Assembly: GCA_964016885.1 (NCBI GenBank)
Contig: OZ024757.1
Location: 15,438,001-15,502,000, forward strand
DNA from: Eledone cirrhosa
Lineage: Eukaryota
Direction: 5' to 3'
Length of the DNA stretch: 64,000 bases
Shown: piece by piece, positions 54,351-64,000 of the stretch
Layout: each line of letters starts with the position of its first letter
Position numbering within the stretch: position 1 is the first letter of the stretch
Translations under genes and position numbers: made by a program
Notes under the pieces: model-generated
The model's input: the letters and a program-made list of their open reading frames with translations, nothing else
What the model was told of the DNA's origin: nothing
Databases searched by the model: none

Positions 54351-55374
54351 GGTCATGTCTGAGTGTGTGTGAGTATGTATGTGTCAGTGTGGTGGCATGT
54401 CTGAATGTGTCAGTGTGTGTGTCTGTGTAGGGGCATGTCTGGGTGTGCCTGTGGCACCTGTACAATCACCTTAATGGGTTGACTGGTTGCTTTTTGTCAT
54501 GGCATCTGCACACACACACACATGTATATATATATATATATATATATAATTGTTTCTACTTTTGGCCCAAGGCCAGCAATTATCCCAGTGCATTACTGGT
54601 ACTTTAGTTTTATCGACCCCATAAGGATGAAAGCCAAAGTTAACCTCGGTGGGATTATAGATAATAACTAGTCAACAGGTTAGAATTTACTTCATTTATT
54701 CATAATAGCTGTTATATATATTTCAATGATAACTGTTATGCAACAGTTATGACCCCTGCATACAATAGTTTCAGTAATTAACTAACACATACTTTACCAC
54801 ACACACACATACATATCATCATCATCGTTTAATGTCCATCTTCCATGCTAGCATCGGTTAGATGGGTTAACCCTTAGGGAGAGAATCAGGTCAGAGGACC
54901 ATGTTTAGCTCACCTGGGGCAGATGGTTGCCCTTCCTAACACCAACCACATTTACAGTGTGTGCTGGGTGCTTTTTGTCGTGTCACCTAAATGACCAAAT
55001 TACAGTGTGGACTGGGTCATTACTAAAAGCACTCAGCCTACACTGTAAATGTGATTGGTGTTACGAAAGGCATCCTGCCATAGAAAACCAGCCAGAAACA
55101 ATGCTATATGAGCAAGGTACAGTCACCTGAACCAACTGGTTCACAAAAGTGACTGGAAGAAGGCAATAAGGAAAGGCGATGTACAAGACAAGTTTATACA
55201 CACACATCTCCACCCTCACAGCTCTGAAACCAGCCAAATGTTTTCGCATGATTTAATTAAAAGTGTGTATGTGTTTGTTTGTAGAACAATGAAAACAAAA
55301 CAAAAATCAGCGATAGGTAGTAAATTTACAACCCATCTCTGACTTTCGTTTTCATTGTTCCATACACACACACT

Positions 55375-55406
<32 letters not shown>

Positions 55407-55642
55407 AATATAAATTCAGCGAGAATCGTATTTCGGCAGGTAGAAATAAGCAAAACGCAATTTTGAGAACATATATATATATAAATGACTCTGTAACCTG
55501 GGTAGATTCTTCTTCTAGGAAACCTTAGGCGGTGATTGCCTACCACAAAATCTACCAAACACACCGCCTAATCTCACTGAAACCATCTTTCCAAGGACAC
55601 ATCGAGTTCTAACAACATTTTCAGCACCGCCACAAACAGGTG

Positions 55643-55713
<71 letters not shown>

Positions 55714-56889
55714 CATGCTAGCATGGAGATTGATGTTAAACAATGATGATGATGATAATATATATATATATATATGCAGGGTGTCCCCCGAAAATGTAAT
55801 TGATGGCCTTGTGCCAAAAGTAGAAACAATATTGAAGCTGGATTGGCAGAATCGGTAGAGGGTTGGACACCATGCTTTGCAGCATAGAGTTACGGTCCTT
55901 AATGGTTTCAGTTCAAATCCTGTCGGGGTTAACTTTGCCTTTCATCCTTACGGGGTCAATAAAATAAAGTACCAGTAATATACTGGGATAATTGCTGGCC
56001 TTGTGCCAAAAATAGAAACAATTATTAAAGCTATTACTTGATCTCTAATTTAGAGGAGCTATGGCAGCCCCGTATTACTAGGTACAATGTACCTAAATCT
56101 CTAATTTAGGCACAAGGCCAGCAAATTTGAATGGAGGGTAAAGTTGATAAACCAGCCCCTGTATATAACTAAAAATCTAAAGACTGTCTTAAGCCAGAAG
56201 GCTTATTAGGCTGGTGCTTATCCCGGTTTGAGGGCATGAAGCGACTGAGAATACAAGATAACCCCCCCCCCCCCCCACGCCCCTGGACAGGACGACAATC
56301 CATCGTAGGGTTACCCCCCCCCCCCGCTATTACTGGTACTTATTTTCGGCTGAGTATACTGAAGCAACATGAAATGAAGTGTTTTTCTCAAAAGTACACA
56401 ACACACAAACCAGTCCAGGAATGGATTCCACAACATTATGATCTTAAGTCCAACACCCCTACCACTAGGCCATGCACACCCACTTCTATATATAACTGGT
56501 GGTACTTTATCAACTCTCAGAAGGATGACAGGTAGTGTTGACTTCAGTGGGATTTGAAACACTGAACAGCTATTGCCATAAAAAATTCTCTGTATCTGAT
56601 GCTCAACTGATTCTGCCAACCTACCAACCTTTTAACTCCAGAATACTGAAAGGTTAAATCAATTCTATTAAGATATGTAACCAAAGAAACCAGATGAACA
56701 TTCCATGCTGTCTCTCCATCCTGTTGGTACGTCGTACAGAAATAATTACACAGCAAGCAGAATTGATTATCTTTATTAAAAAAAAAATTTCAATTTTGTG
56801 GCTTTTACGACTTTGTCATTATACTGAAAATATTCTATAGTAATTAGGTTTATTAAAGTTTTACAATAAATAGAAGGCTATTCTTGCTC

Positions 56890-59860
56890 CCTCTTACATA
56901 GTACCTAGTATTACAGGGCTACCATAGCTGCCTCTGTACCAAGCAATATGGGACTATCATAGCTCCATATTACAGGGTCTGTACCTAGTAATACAGGGCT
57001 ACCCTTGCTCTCCCTGTACCTTGTAATACAAGGCTGTAATAGCTCCCTCTTATATAATCTGTACCTAGCAATACAGGGCTACCATCGCACCCTCTTACGC
57101 AGTCTGTACCTAGTTATAAAGGGCTACAATAGCTCCCTCTTACATAGTCTGTACCTAGTTATAAAGGGCTACCATAGCTCTCTCTTACATAGTCTGTACC
57201 TAGTTATAAAGGGCTACAATAGCTCCCTCTTACATAGTCTGTACCTAGTTATAAAGGGCTACCATAGCTCCCTCTTACATAGGCTGTACCTAGTTATAAA
57301 GGGCTACAATAGCTCCCTCTTACATAGTCTGTACCTAGTTATAAAGGGCTACCATAGCTCCCTCTTACATAGTCTGTACCTAGTAATAAAGGGCTACCAT
57401 AGCTCTCTCTTACATAGTCTGTACCTAGTTATAAAGGGCTACCATAGCTCCCTCTTACATAGTCTGTACCTAGTTATAAAGGGCTACAATAGCTCCCTCT
57501 TACATAGTCTGTATCTAGTAATACAGGGCTACCATAGCTCCCTCTTACATAGTCTGTATCTAGTAATACAGGGCTACCATAGCTCCCTCTTACATAGTCT
57601 GTACCTAGTTAAATAGGGCCACAATAGCTCCCTCTTACATAGTCTGTACCTAGTTATAAAGGGCCACAATAGCTCCCTCTTACATCGTCTGTACCTAGTA
57701 ATACAGGGCTACAATAGCTCCCTCTTACATAGTCTGTATCTAGTAATACAGGGCTACCATAGCTCCCTCTTACATAGTCTGTACCTAGTTATAAAGGGCC
57801 ACAATAGCTCCCTCTTACATAGTCTGTACCTAGTTATAAAGGGCCACAATAGCTCCCTCTTACATCGTCTGTACATAGTAATACAGGGCTACCATAGCTC
57901 CCTCTTACATAGTCTGTACCTAGTAATACAGGGCTACCATAGCTCCCTCTTACATAGTCTGTACCTAGTAATACAGGGCTACCATAGCTCCCTCTTACAT
58001 AGTCTGTACCTAGTTATAAAGGGCTACCATAGCTCCCTCTTACATAGTCTGTACCTAGTTATAAAGGGCTACCATAGCTCCCTCTTACATAGTCTGTACC
58101 TAGTAATACAGGGCTACCATAGCTCCCTCTTACATAGTCTGTACCTAGTTATAAAGGGCTACCATAGCTCCCTCTTACATAGTCTGTACCTAGTTATAAA
58201 GGGCTACCATAGCTCCCTCTTACATAGTCTGTACCTAGTAATACAGGGCTACCATAGCTCCCTCTTACATAGTCTGTACCTAGTTATACAGGGCTACCAT
58301 AGCTCCCTCTTACATAGTCTGTACCTAGTTATACAGGGCTACCATAGCTCCCTCTTACATAGTCTGTACCTAGTTATACAGGGCTACCATAGCTCCCTCT
58401 TACATAGTCTGTACCTAGTTATACAGGGCTACCATAGCTCCCTCTTACATAGTCTGTACCTAGTTATACAGGGCTACCATAGCTCCCTCTTACATAGTCT
58501 GTACCTAGTTATACAGGGCTACCATAGCTCCCTCTTACATAGTCTGTACCTAGTTATAAAGGGCTACCATAGCTCCCTCTTACATAGGCTGTACCTAGTA
58601 ATACAGGGCTACAGTAGCTCCCTCTTACATAGTCTGTACCTAGTTATAAAGGGCTACAATAGCTCCCTCTTACATCGTCTGTACCTAGTTATAAAGGGCT
58701 ACCATAGCTCCCTCTTACAGTCTGTACCTAGTAATACAGGGCTACAATAGCTCCCTCTTACATAGTCTGTATCTAGTAATACAGGGCTACCATAGCTCCC
58801 TCTTACATAGTCATAACCTAGTCATAAAGGGCTACCATAGCTCCCTCTTACATAGTCTGTACCTAGTTATAAAGGGCTACCATAGCTCCCTCTTACATAG
58901 TCTGTACCTAGTTATAAAGGGCTACAATAGCTCCCTCTTACATAGTCTGTACCTAGTTATAAAGGGCCACAATAGCTCCCTCTTACATAGTCTGTACCTA
59001 GTTATAAAAGGCTACCATAGCTCCCTCTTACATAGTCTGTATCTAGTAATACAGGGCTACCATAGCTCCCTCTTACATAGTCTGTACCTAGTTATAAAGG
59101 GCCACAATAGCTCCCTCTTACATAGTCTGTACCTAGTTATAAAGGGCTACAATAGCTCCCTCTTACATAGTCTGTACCTAGTTATAAAGGGCTACAATAG
59201 CTCCCTCTTACATAGGCTGTACCTAGTTATAAAGGGCTACAATAGCTCCCTCTTACATAGTCTGTATCTAGTAATACCGGGCTACCATAGCTCCCTCTTA
59301 CATAGTCTGTACCTAGTTATAAAGGGCCACAATAGCTCCCTCTTACATAGTCTGTACCTAGTTATAAAGGGCCACAATAGCTCCCTCTTACATAGGCTGT
59401 ACCTAGTTATAAAGGGCTACCATACCTCCCTCTTACATAGGCTGTACCTAGTTATAAAGGGCTACAATAGCTCCCTCTTACATAGTCTGTACCTAGTTAT
59501 AAAGGGCCACAATAGCTCCCTCTTACATAGTATGTACCTAATAATACAGGGCTACCATAGCTCCCTCTTACATAGTCTGTACCTAGTTATAAAGGGCCAC
59601 AATAGCTCCCTCTTACATAGTCTGTACCTAGTTATAAAGGGCCACAATAGCTCCCTCTTACATAGGCTGTACCTAGTTATAAAGGGCTACCATACCTCCC
59701 TCTTACATAGTCTGTACCTAGTTATAAAGGGCTACAATAGCTCCCTCTTACATAGTCTGTACCTAGTTATAAAGGGCTACAACAGCTCCCTCTTACATCG
59801 TCTGTACCTAGTTATAAAGGGCTACAATAGCACTCCTTTATATAGAGCATATCTAGTTTT
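56890..59860. repeat. 45-bp minisatellite, about 65 units
   Basis: GTACCTAGTTATAAAGGGCTACCATAGCTCCCTCTTACATAGTCT repeated; degenerate ends. Confidence 0.98.
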
Positions 59861-61002
59861 AACTATTAATCTTCTGTAGCCCATAAAACCACATTAGCAA
59901 GACATTCTTGAAAAGAACAAAACAAAATCATGACCACATCAAATTAAATATTCAAATCTTTACTCTAATAATTGTTTCTACTTTTGGCACAAGGTCAGCA
60001 ATTATCCCAGTGTATTACTGGGGCTTTATTTTATTGACCACATAAGGATGAAAGGCAAAGTTAACCTCGGCGGGATTTGAACTCAGACCATAAAGGGCCG
60101 TACCTCTTTGCTGCAAAGCATGGTGTCCGACCCTCTACCGATACTGCCAATCCACCAATGCAAGTTTTTAGAATGAACAGTCCACTAATAAACATATTAT
60201 AAACATTTGAATTAACAAACCACATGAAACCACATTAGGAAGACATCTCTATATAATTTTGAGCGACGTCGTCCATCATACAATGGACATGTGTGTGTTT
60301 GTGTGAATGTATGTGTCTGTATGAATGTATGTGTTAGTGTGTGTGTGTGTGAATGTATGTGTGTGTGTGTGTGAATGGTGAATAAACTGTAGCAAAACAG
60401 CGGCTGGCGTTCCATTTGCTACGCCGTGTGTGAGTGAATGTGTATGTATGTGTTTGTATAAATGTATGTGTGAATATGTGTGTATGTGAATGTATGTGTA
60501 TTTGTATGAATGTATGTCTGTCTGTGAATGTGTATTTTTGTAAGTGTGTATGTACTTGTGCAAGACAAGGTCAGTCAACTGGACAATGCCCACAACAGGA
60601 CAACCCGTCTAACCCATGCTAGTGTGGAAGAATGGACGTAAAACGGTGATGATGAAGATGATGATACTCACACATATAAATGTATACATATGCACATACA
60701 AACAGGTACACATATATATATATACGTCAGTGTGTTTTAAAAATTCTAGTATTATGAACATTTGTATTAACAAACTACATGAAACCACATTAGCAAGATA
60801 TTCTTTAAAAGTAAAATATAAAAAGCAACACTAAGATGATCTGTCCACTAGATCTGTTCCACGTTTGGACCATATCCCTGTGGTTGTGTTCATTATCTAT
60901 AATACTGATAATATATTCTTTATGGGAAATCCAGACTCAAGACAAGAGTGGTATCAAACTACCCAGCATCCCACAGTTTTCTCATGTTATATTTAAATTA
61001 AT

Positions 61003-61183
61003 TGTTTCTACTTTAGGCACAAGGCCAGCAATTATCCAGTACATTACTGGTACTTTATCTTATCGACCCCGTAAGGATGAAAGGCAAAGTCAACCTCGGC
61101 GGGATTTGAACTCAGATCGTAAAGGGACGTAACTATGCTGGAAAGCATGGCGTCCGACCCTCTACCGATACTGCCAATCCACC
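61003..61183 (-). mobile_element. Deu/Nin-like SINE with 18-bp TSD
   Basis: Flanked by the direct repeat TGTTATATTTAAATTAAT at 60985-61002 and 61184-61201. Confidence 0.85.
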
Positions 61184-63223
61184 TGTTATATTTAAATTAA
61201 TATACTATAAACATTCGAATTAACAACCTAAATTAAATCACATTAAGACATTCTTGAAAAATACAAAACAAGACTATAACCATATCACATTAAAGATTTA
61301 AATATTTACACTAATACAGCACATCTTAATGATCTGTGTACTACTAAAAATACTAATAAACATTTGAATTAACAAACCCTATGAAACCACATCAGGACAT
61401 TCTTGAAAAGTACAAAACACTGCTATAATTACATCACATTAAATATTAGTCTTTACTTAGTGTACAGCATATTTTCACAATGATCTCTCCACCAGTGAAG
61501 ACACTATAAACATTTGAATTAATAAACCCTATAGAACCACATTAACAAGTCCTTGAAAAGTGAAAAAAACAGCACTATGACTGCATCACATTTAAAATTA
61601 AAATCTTTACTTTACTATAATATTGCATCATCATCATTTTACGCCTGCTTTTCCCTGCTTGCAAGGGTGGGATGGGAACTGATTCTGGCTTGGTTTCTAC
61701 AGGTGGATGCCCTTCCTAACACCAACCTCATTTACAGTGAGTGCTGGGTGCTTTTTAGCCGTGGCACCTCCACGACCACTTTGCAGTGGAATGATAGGGA
61801 CCCCAGTCCTATCATCTCATTTCTACAGCTGAGTAAACTGGAGCAATGTGAAATAAAGTGTCTTGCTCTTCACATCACTCGGTCTGAGAATTGAACTCAC
61901 AACCTTTCGCTTGCATGGCCAATGCTCTAACCACTAAGCCATGTGCCTGCATATTTTACAAATATCTGTCCACTAGCAAAGATAGTATAAACATTTCAAT
62001 TAACAAAACGATTTTTTTTTCTTTCAGATATCTCCTGCTAAATCACCACAGGCTATTATGAGTTAATAGCTTCTTTCTAATGTGATGCTTTTAGTTATAA
62101 TCAATAAGTTCAATAATATAGAATTTTGAAAACATCAAACAAAACCAAATATGTTGCCCATCCTATTATAAAGAAACAAAAATGACAGCCAGAAAATTAG
62201 ACTCTGCTATATGATGAGTAATGCATATAAAATTGACTGCAGGATAAAACAAACGAATGAACAAGTATGTATATGAGGCTATGTAATAAAAGATATATCA
62301 TATATGGATAATAGGTTCTACTTTTGGCACAAAGCCAGCAATTTGAAAGTGGAGGGTGGGGTGGGTGGGTGGATTGATTAAATAATAATAATGATTTCTA
62401 TTATAGGCACAAGGCCAGCAATTTGGGGAAGGGAAAAGTCGATTAAATTGACCCTAGTGAAGCACTGGTGCTTATTTTACCGATCCCAGTGCATGACTGG
62501 TACTTAATCGACCCCATAAAGATGAAAGCCAAAGCTAACCCCAGCGGAATTTGAACTCAGAACGTAAAGGGTCGTAACTCTATGCCAATCCAATACTACT
62601 ACTACTACTACTACTAATAATAATAATAGTAATGTTAATGTTTTCTGATTTTTAGACAGAAGGCCAACTAGTTTGAGGGAGGGGAAAGTCAATTAAATTG
62701 ACCTCAGTACATTACTGGTACTTTATTTCATTGACTCCGTGAGGATGAACGGCAAAGCTAACCTCGGCAGGATTCGAACAAAGAACATAAAGGGCCGTAA
62801 CTCTATGATGCAACAACTACTACAACTAATAATGTCTTCTGACTTTTAGACAGAAGGCCAACCATTTAAATGCAGGGGAATGTCAATTAAATTGACCCCA
62901 GTACGTTGCTGGTACTTTATTTTATTAACCCCCATAAGAATGAACAGCAAAGCTAACCTCGACAGGATTTGAACTCAGAGTAAACGACCGGCCATTGGCT
63001 GATGTGAGGAAGGAATGAAGCAACCAACATTTGACAGCCATTGACAGACAGTTTCTACTTCATAGCAGTGAACTAGGCTAGAAATCAATGGTTGCCTGGT
63101 GACATGTGCTGGCTACATTCACAGCATCAAAGATCACCAGTGTAAACACATGTTAGTAGTGGAGTGCCCTACTACTACTACTACTACTACTTCTAGCTTT
63201 GCAAAGTTGTGTGTGTATGTGTA

Positions 63224-63255
<32 letters not shown>

Positions 63256-64000
63256 CACTCATTCAGAGTTTCCTGATGATTTCTAAAGAATGAAACAGTT
63301 TTAGTCCTGTAGAATCTCATCTATATTAAAACTTGTATACTCTGCTATGTATTGACTACCTTACTTACTGTGGTTACCTCCGATTCAACCCAGAATAACG
63401 TATATATATATATATATACCCGGAATTACTTCATATATATATATATACTCTTTTACTCTTTTACCTGTTTCAGCCATCCGGCTGAGGCCATGCTGGGGCA
63501 CCGCATGATATATAAATAAATATCATCTTCATCATTTTACGTCCGCTTTTCCCTGCTTGCATACATATATAAACAGACACATATATTCATATACAAACAC
63601 ATGCATACACATATATATAATATATATACACATATATACACATATATATATATATATATAATATATATATATCATCATCATGATCATCGTTTAACGTCCA
63701 TCTTCCACACTAGCATGGGTTAGACGATTTTGTTCCATTTGATGCGGGAATGGTCGGGAGACCATGTCTCGCTCGCACAGATGCATCTCTGGCAGGTTTT
63801 CTTTACAGCTGGATGCCCTTCCTAACACCAACCACATTTACAGTGTGGACTGGGAGCTTTTTTCCTGTCTCCTACACGACCACATTACAGTGTGGACTGT
63901 TGTGTCTCATCGACACAGTGGACACAATGGGAGAGGGAGGATGGGGTAGGGTGTGGCGGTGGGGTGTATATTGAGTTAAGAGGTGCCTATATATATATAT

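Noticed and set aside
56890-59860. Common origin of the 45-bp and 49-bp satellites
   Set aside because: Only short shared words (TACAGGG, AGCT); insufficient without alignment statistics.
53293-59879. His/Thr-rich and SSLLHSLYLVIKGY repeat ORFs
   Set aside because: Products of the 26-bp and 45-bp minisatellites; the 45-bp array is broken by a stop and a frameshift.

Overview
Eukaryotic genomic DNA, probably from an octopod cephalopod (inferred from the SINE families, TA-microsatellite density and channel sequence). The window lies inside one large minus-strand gene, a Cav2-type (cacophony/CACNA1A-like) voltage-gated calcium channel alpha-1 subunit. Eight phase-consistent exons (50161 down to 31958) encode repeat I S1-S6, the pore loop, the AID and the start of the I-II linker, and a candidate 18-nt microexon follows. 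The most upstream exon seen is preceded by a minor-spliceosome (U12, AT-AC type) acceptor. Positions 1-27226 are an intronic 49/44-bp minisatellite, which accounts for all the giant + strand ORFs. The introns also hold SINEs, MITEs, RTE LINE fragments and smaller minisatellites. The most striking feature is four mutually dissimilar inserts in or next to (TA)n tracts (about 30.2, 35.7, 38.9 and 41.2 kb). Each has an asymmetric inverted repeat and a type I hammerhead ribozyme fold, one with a compensatory U3-A8 core. They resemble Penelope-like/retrozyme elements, and each has a ribozyme copy in the sense orientation of the channel pre-mRNA. All calls were made by eye; no database search or folding program was run.
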